Source: Bdellovibrionota bacterium (lineage in GTDB: Bacteria; Bdellovibrionota_C; UBA2361; JBGSMV01). From it: 21,163 nucleotides of DNA. A program made the position numbers and the translations under genes. This document shows positions 9,429-17,468 of the stretch, one piece after another. The notes under the pieces were generated by a model. It was not told the origin of the DNA, made no database searches, and saw only the letters and a program-made list of their open reading frames with translations. The stretch lies in NCBI GenBank assembly GCA_044356455.1, contig JBIKWF010000073.1:1-21163 (forward strand). Direction: 5' to 3'. How positions within the stretch are numbered: position 1 is the first letter of the stretch; the number at the start of each line of letters is the position of its first letter.

Positions 9429-9588
9429 TATGCATGGTAGGGCGCGCTGTCCCCAGCGTGCCGCAAGATCTCTCGTGCCGGCACGTGGCAAGTCCTAATC
9501 CACCTGCTGACCGCACAACTGCCAAAGGCCATGGAAGCCCCGCGGCATTTGTTCGGCACGCTGAGGACAGCGCGCCCTACCATGCATA
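9429..9588. repeat. GTAG-type REP doublet with 35-bp inverted arms
   Basis: TATGCATGGTAGGGCGCGCTGTCCCCAGCGTGCCG (9429-9463) versus 9554-9588, one mismatch in 35 bp; lies between convergent genes. Confidence 0.9.
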
Positions 9589-9696
9589 TTATCAACTGGC
9601 GTATTTCAAGTTGTAATCGGCAGCTCACATAACTTCGGACATGTGCTGCAAGATAAAGTCGCGCTTTCGGTTCTAAAAATTTGCCAACAGGCGCCT

Positions 9697-10194
9697 TCAA
9701 ATCGGCTTGAAAAACTCAAACGGCTGGCGGCATGCACCACAGAAATAGAACGCTTTACATGCCGTAGCGCCGAACTCACTTCGAAGTTCGGTTTTCTCCG
9801 ACTTACAGAATGGGCAAGGAACGTTGCGCCGGCTCTTTCCAATCGCGACAAGCTCTTCGCTCACGAGTCCAGGCGGCGCAATTCCATAGGCACGCAGCTT
9901 CTCCTTTCCCTCAGCACTCATCCAATCAGTAGTCCAGGGAGGAGAATATTTTCTGTGAGTAATAACCTTGGCGAATCCAGCCTTCATGAGCGCCGCGGTT
10001 ACATCACCTTCAATTACCGCCATGGCAGGACAGCCAGAATAGGTGGGCGTAATTTCAACGTGGAGCGCTTGCTCCCCCTCATCCCAGCGCACTTCTCGGA
10101 TGATGCCCATATCTAGGACACTCATCACAGGAATCTCAGGATCCATCACCTGAGCAAGAATCGAAGGCACGCTTGCAACGAGGTGCGCACTCAT
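9697..10194 (-). CDS. paaD: Phenylacetyl-CoA epoxidase subunit D
   Basis: DPEIPV, TPTYSGCPAM, PPWTTDW, CPFC, FGATACKAFYFC..C.QPFEFFK. Confidence 0.95.
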   Translation of the reverse strand: MSAHLVASVPSILAQVMDPEIPVMSVLDMGIIREVRWDEGEQALHVEITPTYSGCPAMAVIEGDVTAALMKAGFAKVITHRKYSPPWTTDWMSAEGKEKLRAYGIAPPGLVSEELVAIGKSRRNVPCPFCKSEKTELRSEFGATACKAFYFCGACRQPFEFFKPI

Positions 10195-10196
10195 AA

Positions 10197-11027
10197 CTAC
10201 CAGCGCGCATCAGGGTAGGAACGCGGAAGAATCTGCATTTCAGCGAGCAGCTTACCTAGATACTCGGTATGAAGTCCCTTTCGGCCACCCGTGTGCATAA
10301 AACAATCTGCGGGAAAGGTCAGAGTCGCCTCGCTGAAAATCTCTTTAACCTGCTTAGTCCATGCACTTTTCAGGCTACTAGAATCTGGAACACCAAGTTC
10401 TTGGCTGAGCAATTTCTCAACGTCATCAGTAACAAACAACTCGCCTGAATAGGCCCAGATCTCGTCAAAAGCCCGTTGAATCTTGGTTCGACTTTCGTCA
10501 GTCCCATCTCCTAATCGCAGCACCCACTGGGCGCTGTGCCGAAGGTGATAGGTGTCCTCTTTCAATGTCTTGGCCGCAAGTCCCGCAAGCTCAGGGAATC
10601 GGCACTTTTGCAAGTGCTCCATGAGAAGCACTGCGTAGGCATCAAAAATAAAGTGCCGTGCAATCGTGAAGGCAAAATCACCTCTCGGGAGCTCCGCCAG
10701 TTTTACGTTTCGAAATTCGCGCTCGCCTCTAAAAAAGGCGAGCGTATCTTCCGTGCGCTCAGCTCCTTCAAGCCGCCCAGCCAAGCCCAGAAACGCCTGA
10801 GCATGTCCAATCAGATCAAGAGCCACATTTCCGAGTGCAAGATCTTCTTCAAGGATAGGACCGTGCCCACACCACTCGGAAAGGCGATGCCCAAGAATAA
10901 GCCTATCGTCCCCAATTCGGAGAAGGTACTCAAAAAGAGCCTTCTTCACCGAGGCTGAGAATACGGGAAGCTCTTGAGGCTTGTTGGTGGCCGCAGTAAC
11001 GCTAAGATTTTCTTCGTGCGTATCCAT
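10197..11027 (-). CDS. paaC: Phenylacetyl-CoA epoxidase subunit C
   Basis: LRIGDDRLILGHRLSEWCGHGPILEEDLALGNVALDLIGHA, KEDTYH, RLGDGTDES, HTEYLG. Confidence 0.95.
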   Translation of the reverse strand: MDTHEENLSVTAATNKPQELPVFSASVKKALFEYLLRIGDDRLILGHRLSEWCGHGPILEEDLALGNVALDLIGHAQAFLGLAGRLEGAERTEDTLAFFRGEREFRNVKLAELPRGDFAFTIARHFIFDAYAVLLMEHLQKCRFPELAGLAAKTLKEDTYHLRHSAQWVLRLGDGTDESRTKIQRAFDEIWAYSGELFVTDDVEKLLSQELGVPDSSSLKSAWTKQVKEIFSEATLTFPADCFMHTGGRKGLHTEYLGKLLAEMQILPRSYPDARW

Positions 11028-11028
11028 A

Positions 11029-11346
11029 TCAGAACACCTTTACGCCGCGAGGAACTTTATAAAATTGGGGATGACGATAGACCTTGTCTTGCGCGGGATC
11101 GAAAAACGGACCCGTATCTGCAGGCGAGCTCGCGGTAATCACGGAGGCTGGGACAACCCAAATACTCTTTACTTTTCCTCGACGCGCATAAACGTCGCGC
11201 GCGTTTTGAAGGGCGATTTCGCCATCTGGAGCATGAACACTTCCTGCATGCTCATGAGGGGAACCTTCCTCACCCTGTTGTACAAACACCTCCCAGACCG
11301 GCCATTCCGCACCCGTCGCACTTACCTTTCCAGCTTCTATTGCCAT
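11029..11346 (-). CDS. paaB: Phenylacetyl-CoA epoxidase subunit B
   Basis: WPVWEVF, HAGSVHAPD, ALQNARDVYARR, SIWVV, DKVYRHPQFY. Start set at ATG 11346 rather than TTG 11370. Confidence 0.95.
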   Translation of the reverse strand: MAIEAGKVSATGAEWPVWEVFVQQGEEGSPHEHAGSVHAPDGEIALQNARDVYARRGKVKSIWVVPASVITASSPADTGPFFDPAQDKVYRHPQFYKVPRGVKVF

Positions 11347-11448
11347 GACTCGAACCCTATCTCTAAACAAGCCCTACCATCTCATAACTGCACAGCTTCT
11401 TTGATTTACCGCGCTTATGCCCCGAAGATGGCTCCCAGAACAGCAAAA

Positions 11449-12387
11449 TTAGGCGGCCACTTTACGCGCCTGCTTTTGAGCATATGCCTCCGCAGCTTCG
11501 CGAACCCACGCCCCCTTCTCATGCGCATCCCGGCGAGCCTGGAGGCGCTCTTTGTTGCAGGGACCATTGCCTGAGATTACCTGGTGGAACTCTTCCCAGT
11601 TGATTTCGCCAAAATCCCAATCTTGCGTCTGCTCGTTGAACTTAAGTGCAGGATCAGGAAGGGTCAGATTCACTGCTTTCGCTTGGGGAACAGTGAGGTT
11701 AACAAAACGCTGCCTTAGCTCAGTGTTAGTCTTTCGTTTCACTTTCCAGCGCAAAAGCTCCTGGCTATTCGGCGAATCTTTATCTGAAGGACCAAACATC
11801 ATCAGAGCAGGCCACCAAAACCGGTTCACAGAATCTTGAACCATCTCCTTCTGTTCAGGTGTTCCATTAGCAAGAGTAGCGACTATCTCGTATCCCTGCC
11901 GCTTGTGAAAATTCTCTTCCTTGCAAATCCGCACCATCGCCCTCGCATAGGGGCCATAGGAAGTCTTGGCAAGCATGGTCTGATTTACAATTGCGGCTCC
12001 ATCAACAAGCCACCCAATCACTCCCATATCCGCCCACGACAGGGTCGGGTAGTTAAAGATATTTGAGTATTTGGCCTTCCCCGTAAGAAGCTGCTGAGTG
12101 AGCTCTGCTCGATCCATTCCAAGAGTCTCAGCGGCACAGTAAAGGTAAAGGCCATGCCCAGCCTCATCTTGAACTTTCGCAAGCAGAGAAATCTTGCGCT
12201 TAAGGCTAGGAGCCCTGGTAATCCAGTTGGCCTCAGGGAGCATCCCCACAAGTTCTGAATGCGCATGCTGCGAAATCATTCGGATCAGCTGAGAACTGTA
12301 GCGTTCTGGCATCCAGTCTTTAGGTTCAATTACCTCGCCCTTGGCAATTCTTTCTTCAAAGGCTTGGAGCTTCGCTGCATCATCCAT
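11449..12387 (-). CDS. paaA: Phenylacetyl-CoA epoxidase catalytic di-iron subunit A
   Basis: [44 protein letters not shown] (two ExxH motifs), MMFGP. Confidence 0.97.
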   Translation of the reverse strand: MDDAAKLQAFEERIAKGEVIEPKDWMPERYSSQLIRMISQHAHSELVGMLPEANWITRAPSLKRKISLLAKVQDEAGHGLYLYCAAETLGMDRAELTQQLLTGKAKYSNIFNYPTLSWADMGVIGWLVDGAAIVNQTMLAKTSYGPYARAMVRICKEENFHKRQGYEIVATLANGTPEQKEMVQDSVNRFWWPALMMFGPSDKDSPNSQELLRWKVKRKTNTELRQRFVNLTVPQAKAVNLTLPDPALKFNEQTQDWDFGEINWEEFHQVISGNGPCNKERLQARRDAHEKGAWVREAAEAYAQKQARKVAA

Positions 12388-12475
12388 ACTGAGAAGACCT
12401 CGATTTTTGGTTTACGCCTTTTCGTCGAAATGTGCCCAAGAACCTTACGCTCTTATAGGGCATCAGAAAGTTTTC

Positions 12476-12555
12476 ACCACAAAGGACGCAAGGGACACAA
12501 AGGAATACATTGAAATTGCTATTTTTAATTGAGCTTTCTTTGCGTCCTTTGTGGT
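12476..12555. repeat. 9-bp-periodic ACCAC-family inverted repeat (arms in the opposite arrangement)
   Basis: ACCACAAAGGACGCAA (12476-12491, continuing GGGACACAAAG) pairs perfectly with TTGCGTCCTTTGTGGT (12540-12555). Confidence 0.8.
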
Positions 12556-12615
12556 CCAATAAAAGCTTAAGTAATTTTAGCGTTTTACGCCGAACATTCT
12601 TGCGCCCTGACGTTC

Positions 12616-13845
12616 TTAACTCTTTTTATCGAATTCTGCACGCATGGCGGCCTCAAACGAGAGTTCACCTCCGGCAGCTAAGGCACGCTTTGCGCCATCC
12701 TGACAGGCCTCCTCCAGGCGCTTGGCCGCCTCAAGCATGAACTTCATTTCAAACGAACCACTTCGCTTGGTGAGGTACTCCTCTACCGCGGTAAGATATC
12801 CCATCATTCCGCACAGTTCCGTGGGGCAATAGAGCCGGGCAGCCTTCTGTAAGCGCTCTGAGTCTTTGTGATCTGGCATTACAAGATTCTCGCATCCACA
12901 GATCACTTTTATTCGCGGATTATGAATAATCTGGTCAACTGTTTTTGAGTCAAGGGTGCCTCCGTTGGCATTCACCACCAAAGCATCGATGCCGAGGGCA
13001 AGTAGCGTCCCCTTCTCCTCGGGAGAGAAAACGCGAACTCCTCGCCGTGCAAGCTCTTGGCGCCGCGCGGGGTTAAACTCAACGACAAACATGCGCTTTA
13101 AGACGGAACTCCCGAGCACTTCTTCTAGTCTCTGCACGAGATGCTTACCGATATTTCCGTAACCGATGAGACCGATTGAAGCGGTGTGCGGATCAAGCCC
13201 AGCGCCCTTGAGCATTCCCAAGAGGCTATAGAGATTGCCCTCAGCGGTTGGCTCTGAGGTGTCAGCGAGAACACTGCCGTGGAAATGCTGATTGAGATAC
13301 TCAAGCGATGTGGTCTTCCCATCGGAGAGAACGCCATGCCCTAAATCCTGCCCCGTGGTGAGGAAAATGCCTGAGTGCTCCTCGAAATCGAGCATCGCCG
13401 AAATAGCAAAATCGAGCATTTTTATGTCATTCGGCTGGCCCACGCGAGAATCATTCCCGGGAAGCAGCACGCACTTTCCGCCGACAACCCTATCGAGATT
13501 CTTAATGCCTTGCGGACCACCCACTCGAATAACGCGTGACCAATAGACCTTTTCATCCATGCCGGTAGCGAGCCCAATGGCTTCGCGTTCTGGGCTAAAA
13601 TCTTTAGTCGCGGCGCGCGCCTCAGGAACTATTCGAAAACCACCCAGTGAGAGTTTTCCCGACTTAGGCTCCCCGCAGGTACCTATGCAAAGGACCCAGG
13701 GCTTAGAGAGATGTTTGTAGCGGTAGAGAGAAACGTCTTGATTGAGATCGGGGGCAAGCTTTCGGCACTCAGCCGGGGTAAGAACTTCCCGCTTAAACTC
13801 AGGCTCCGATGATCTTTCCATACTCTCCGCCGCGGTTACACGCAT
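12616..13845 (-). CDS. Divergent Glu/Leu/Phe/Val dehydrogenase family protein (possible phenylalanine dehydrogenase)
   Basis: Family motifs in order: SLGGFR (cf. ALGGTR), LATGMDEK (cf. LxxGMTYK), GGKCV (catalytic Lys), TGQDLG, DTSEPTAEG, Rossmann GYGNIG. C-terminal motifs are strongly diverged. Confidence 0.78.
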   Translation of the reverse strand: MRVTAAESMERSSEPEFKREVLTPAECRKLAPDLNQDVSLYRYKHLSKPWVLCIGTCGEPKSGKLSLGGFRIVPEARAATKDFSPEREAIGLATGMDEKVYWSRVIRVGGPQGIKNLDRVVGGKCVLLPGNDSRVGQPNDIKMLDFAISAMLDFEEHSGIFLTTGQDLGHGVLSDGKTTSLEYLNQHFHGSVLADTSEPTAEGNLYSLLGMLKGAGLDPHTASIGLIGYGNIGKHLVQRLEEVLGSSVLKRMFVVEFNPARRQELARRGVRVFSPEEKGTLLALGIDALVVNANGGTLDSKTVDQIIHNPRIKVICGCENLVMPDHKDSERLQKAARLYCPTELCGMMGYLTAVEEYLTKRSGSFEMKFMLEAAKRLEEACQDGAKRALAAGGELSFEAAMRAEFDKKS

Positions 13846-13880
13846 AAAGCTCTCTCTACTTAATCCTTCCTTCGAGTTCT

Positions 13881-14016
13881 TAGCGAACCCCTGAAAAACC
13901 TCGATATTCTATTATTTTATCTCTGTGAACTCTGTGCCCTCTGTGGTTTTTCAACAATCTAAACCAACCACAGAGGGCACAGAGTTCACAGAGAGGGTTC
14001 TTTCAGAAGCTCCTCA
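13881..14016. repeat. Second copy of the roughly 135-bp composite palindromic element
   Basis: Perfect 29-bp inverted repeat 13920-13948 / 13966-13994. Loop TTTCAACAATCTAAACC is nearly identical to the loop in 6940-7076. Outer arms TAGCGAACCCCTGAAAA / TTTCAGAAGCTCCTCA are decayed. Confidence 0.88.
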
Positions 14017-14059
14017 GTGTTCTTGGTGGTTGTTCTCCTTAACCACAGAGACCACTAAG
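14013..14059. repeat. Short AACCAC-family hairpin abutting the composite element
   Basis: CTCAGTGTTCTTGGTGGTT ... AACCACAGAGACCACTAAG. Confidence 0.7.
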
Positions 14060-14099
14060 GGGTGAGATTCCCTCAAATCCCCCCCCCTCGACCGATGTG

Positions 14100-15716
14100 C
14101 TACCCCTTCGTAAGCAAGGAGGTACTCGGTGGCGCCAGAATCGTATCCTTAGCGCCAGCCGGGTCAAGATCTGGAAAGTCAGTATTATAGTGCAGACCCC
14201 TACTTTCCTTACGCGCCAGGGCGCAGCGGATAACTAAGTTAGCGACCAAGCTTAGGTTTCTAAGTTCTAGCAAATCGGGCGTTACCTTAAAATTCCAATA
14301 ATAGTCCTTGATTTCTTGCTCAATAGTAGCGCTGCGGTGCAGGGCTCTCTCAAGGCGCTTGGTGGTCCTTACAATCCCTACGTAGTTCCACATGAAGCGG
14401 CGAATTTCATCCCAATTTTGGGCAATAACTACCTGCTCATCGCTATCTGTTGCGGGCCCCGTGTCCCAGAGAGGAACATGGATATCAACCCTATGCTTCT
14501 TAAAGTTCTCTCGCGAATGCCGGGCAGCTCGGTAGCCATACACAAGCCCTTCGAGAAGCGAATTTGATGCCAGGCGATTTGCCCCGTGCAGCCCCGTACA
14601 GGCCGTTTCTCCGCCCACATACAAATCAGTTATGCCCGTTTGTCCAAACTCATCGCTCACCACTCCTCCGCAAAGGTAATGGGCAGCAGGCACGACGGGA
14701 ATAGGCTGAGAAGTAATATCAAACCCAAGCTCCTTGCAGCGCGCATAGATGGTCGGAAAGTGCTCACGAACAAATTCCGGAGGACGGTGAGTAATATCAA
14801 GCAGCACGTTATCTTCGCCGTGCGTCTTCATCTCGTTATCGATTGCGCGCGCTACGACGTCCCTCGGCGCAAGTTCCTTGAGGGGATGATACTTGTGCAT
14901 GAACTCTTCACCATTGATGCGGCGAAGTTTTGCTCCTTCTCCCCTCATCGCTTCAGTGATGAGGAAATTACGTGCTTGAGGATGGTAAAGGCAGGTCGGA
15001 TGGAACTGGAAAAATTCTAAATTAGCAACACGCGCCCCTGCGCGGTAACACATTGCGATTCCATCTCCCGTCGCTACATCAGGATTCGAGGTGTAGAGAT
15101 AGACGCGGCCAGCGCCGCCTGTTGCAACAAATATCTTGTCAGCAAGAAAGGCCTCTATCTCCCCGTTCGGCAAGAGCACATAAGCCCCAAGCGCACGATT
15201 AGGAACTGCGCCTGCATTCTTCTGCCGCGACGAGATCTTATGGCTTGTAATGATATCAACCGCGTTGGTGTCTTCAAAGAAGGTGATACTGGAATTCGCC
15301 TGAGCCGCGACAAGTAAGGCGCGCTGGATTTCATATCCCGTGCGATCGGCTGCATGAAAGATGCGCCTTCTTGAATGCCCCCCTTCACGGTGCAGATGAT
15401 ATCCGCCCTCATCTTTATCGAAGATGGTCCCAAGCTTAATGAGCTCCTCGACTCGCTCGGGTCCCTCCCTCACCACAAGTTCAACCGCTGCTCTATTACA
15501 AAGCCCGGCGCCCGCGGTAAGGGTGTCTTCTATGTGCAAATCAAAATTGTCATCAGCCGCAGTTACCGCGGCGATTCCCCCTTGAGCCCAGGCGGTAGAG
15601 GACTGGGAGCGCTGCTTTTTGAAGAGAACAGCGACTGAACCTTGTTTGGCGACTTCAAGCGCATAGGTAAGTCCCGCAATACCGCCGCCGAGAACAAGGA
15701 AATCAAATTCACGCAT
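14100..15716 (-). CDS. nadB: L-aspartate oxidase
   Basis: GGGIAGL FAD motif, AQGGIAAV, REGGHSRRRIFHAAD, QFHPT, LITEAMRGEG, ELAPRDVVARAI, TGLHGANRLASNSLLE, ESRGLHY. Confidence 0.96.
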   Translation of the reverse strand: MREFDFLVLGGGIAGLTYALEVAKQGSVAVLFKKQRSQSSTAWAQGGIAAVTAADDNFDLHIEDTLTAGAGLCNRAAVELVVREGPERVEELIKLGTIFDKDEGGYHLHREGGHSRRRIFHAADRTGYEIQRALLVAAQANSSITFFEDTNAVDIITSHKISSRQKNAGAVPNRALGAYVLLPNGEIEAFLADKIFVATGGAGRVYLYTSNPDVATGDGIAMCYRAGARVANLEFFQFHPTCLYHPQARNFLITEAMRGEGAKLRRINGEEFMHKYHPLKELAPRDVVARAIDNEMKTHGEDNVLLDITHRPPEFVREHFPTIYARCKELGFDITSQPIPVVPAAHYLCGGVVSDEFGQTGITDLYVGGETACTGLHGANRLASNSLLEGLVYGYRAARHSRENFKKHRVDIHVPLWDTGPATDSDEQVVIAQNWDEIRRFMWNYVGIVRTTKRLERALHRSATIEQEIKDYYWNFKVTPDLLELRNLSLVANLVIRCALARKESRGLHYNTDFPDLDPAGAKDTILAPPSTSLLTKG

Positions 15717-15738
15717 AGGGTAATCGCATTTATCTTTA

Positions 15739-15785
15739 CTTCGTGTTCTCAGTGTTCTTAGTGGTTAAAAAACAACCACTAAGAA
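15739..15785. repeat. Short AACCAC-family hairpin in the divergent nadB/ribD gap
   Basis: CTTCGTG-TT-CTCAGTG-TT-CTTAGTG-GTT. TTCTTAGTGGTT (15755-15766) pairs with AACCACTAAGAA (15774-15785). Confidence 0.78.
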
Positions 15786-15850
15786 GAATGAATGACCTGA
15801 AATGCCATCCCTTCTTCCAAGAGCACGAGATTAACGCTAGATACCCCCTT

Positions 15851-16927
15851 ATGGAAGAAGCACAAAGATTTATGCAGCGCGCCCTTGAACTAGCCGTTAA
15901 GGGCCATCGCCAGGTAGCCCCTAATCCCTTGGTAGGAGCGGTGGTGGTTCATGAAGGCAAGATTATTGGGGAAGGCTACCACCAGCGCTTTGGAGGCCCT
16001 CACGCTGAGGTCTTAGCTATAAACTCGGTTTCTGACCGCTCCTTGCTTGCCGCCTCAACACTCTACGTTACTCTTGAGCCCTGCTGCCATTTTGGCAAAA
16101 CACCGCCCTGCACTGACTTGATTCTAGAACATCGCATTCCGCGCGTGGTGATAGCCACCAGGGACCCATTTCCGTCTGTTTCTGGGAATGGCATCGAAGT
16201 CCTAAAGTCGGCAGGAATCGACGTATCCCTTGGGGTGTGCGAAAAGCAAGCGCGCTGGGTCAATAGACGCTTTTTCTCGCTATACGAGCAGAGACGACCT
16301 TACGTAATTCTCAAATGGGCCGAAACAAAAGACGGCTTTATTGCGAGCAGTGATTACTCCTCAAAGTGGATTTCTGGAGAATCCTCGCGTGCACGGGTAC
16401 ATGAGTGGCGAGCCGAAGAGGCGGCTATTATGGTGGGGCCTCGTACCGCGCTAGTCGACAATCCACTGCTCACCGCGCGCCCTGAAAAACAAGCCGAAGA
16501 GACTCAAACGCCCCCGCGTCAACCTCTGCGAGTGGTGTTAGATCCAAAAGGAAAGCTGCCGCGCAGCAGCAACGTATTTAACGATGCGGCGGAAACGCTC
16601 GTCATCACACGCTCCAAAGAGCGCAGGGACAAGCTCCCCCCTCACCTTACCTTTGAGGAAATAGACTGGTCTCAAAAAGTCCCCGCTCAAGTCTTGGGGC
16701 AATTGGCGTCGCGCCGGATACTTTCTGTCTTGATTGAGGGGGGAGCCCATACCTTGCAAGAGTTTATAGACGCGGGACTATGGGATGAGGCCAGAATCTT
16801 CACCAGCCAAAGTTCCTTTGAAGATGGGGTAAAGGCCCCTCTGCTCAATGGAATTGAACATGCACGTGAGGCAATCGGAGAGGATTCACTACGTATCATC
16901 GTGAATGAGAGTAATCTCTATGCCTAA
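15851..16927 (+). CDS. ribD: Bifunctional riboflavin biosynthesis deaminase/reductase
   Basis: PNPLVGAV, HAEV, VTLEPCCHFGKTPPC, LKWAETKDG, DNPLLTAR, LIEGG. Start moved to ATG 15851 (MEEAQRFM). Confidence 0.96.
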   Translation: MEEAQRFMQRALELAVKGHRQVAPNPLVGAVVVHEGKIIGEGYHQRFGGPHAEVLAINSVSDRSLLAASTLYVTLEPCCHFGKTPPCTDLILEHRIPRVVIATRDPFPSVSGNGIEVLKSAGIDVSLGVCEKQARWVNRRFFSLYEQRRPYVILKWAETKDGFIASSDYSSKWISGESSRARVHEWRAEEAAIMVGPRTALVDNPLLTARPEKQAEETQTPPRQPLRVVLDPKGKLPRSSNVFNDAAETLVITRSKERRDKLPPHLTFEEIDWSQKVPAQVLGQLASRRILSVLIEGGAHTLQEFIDAGLWDEARIFTSQSSFEDGVKAPLLNGIEHAREAIGEDSLRIIVNESNLYA

Positions 16928-17468
16928 GGAAAGCCCCACAAGTGCCAGATGGCGCGTGCTTGACGAGCACGTCTACGAAACGTTTAAGATCTTTCGCATT
17001 CGCCGCTCCGGGCGCATCAATCCCCGCACAGGTAAGCGCTTTGATTTTTTTCTCATGGATGGTCTTGATTGGGTGAATATAATTCCGCTCACCAAGGACA
17101 ACAAAGTCGTACTCGTGCGCCAATATAGACACGGCTCAGAAAGTTATACCTGGGAGATTCCCGGGGGCTGTGTTGAAGCAGGAGAAGATCCCAGATTCAG
17201 CGCTTGTCGGGAGCTGAAAGAAGAAACCGGATATGAAGTTAAAGGCGAAATAAAGCTCCTCGGAACTATCCATCCGAATCCGGCCATGCAGGCCATGCGC
17301 TGTCACTGCTACGTAGCAGAGGGAGTGGAGTTAACATCCGCTCAAGCGCTCGACCCAGGAGAAGATATCGAAGTAGCCCTAAAACCTATCGAAGAAGTCC
17401 GCGCGATGATTGGCAGGGGCGAAATTACGCACGCCATCGTGCTCGCGGCGTTTGCGCTATTTAGGTAG
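16920..17468 (+). CDS. Nudix hydrolase (ADP-ribose pyrophosphatase-like)
   Basis: Nudix box GGCVEAGEDPRFSACRELKEETG, plus LVRQYR and GEDIEV. ATG 16920 overlaps the ribD end; 16905 is an alternative start. Confidence 0.9.
   Translation: MPKESPTSARWRVLDEHVYETFKIFRIRRSGRINPRTGKRFDFFLMDGLDWVNIIPLTKDNKVVLVRQYRHGSESYTWEIPGGCVEAGEDPRFSACRELKEETGYEVKGEIKLLGTIHPNPAMQAMRCHCYVAEGVELTSAQALDPGEDIEVALKPIEEVRAMIGRGEITHAIVLAAFALFR

Noticed and set aside
9643..11574. Plus-strand ORFs 9643-10116, 10536-10958 and 10981-11574, and similarly 3076-3648 and 20426-20887
   Set aside because: Antisense shadows of well-supported genes with no recognisable motifs.
14079..14087. C9 homopolymer as a phase-variation tract
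   Set aside because: It lies just downstream of the nadB stop, outside any coding region or evident promoter.
15743..15850. N-terminal extension of ribD
   Set aside because: It runs through a repeat hairpin; RibD similarity starts near 15851.
15717..15850. FMN riboswitch upstream of ribD
   Set aside because: The gap is short, partly filled by a repeat hairpin, and lacks the conserved RFN sequence motifs.
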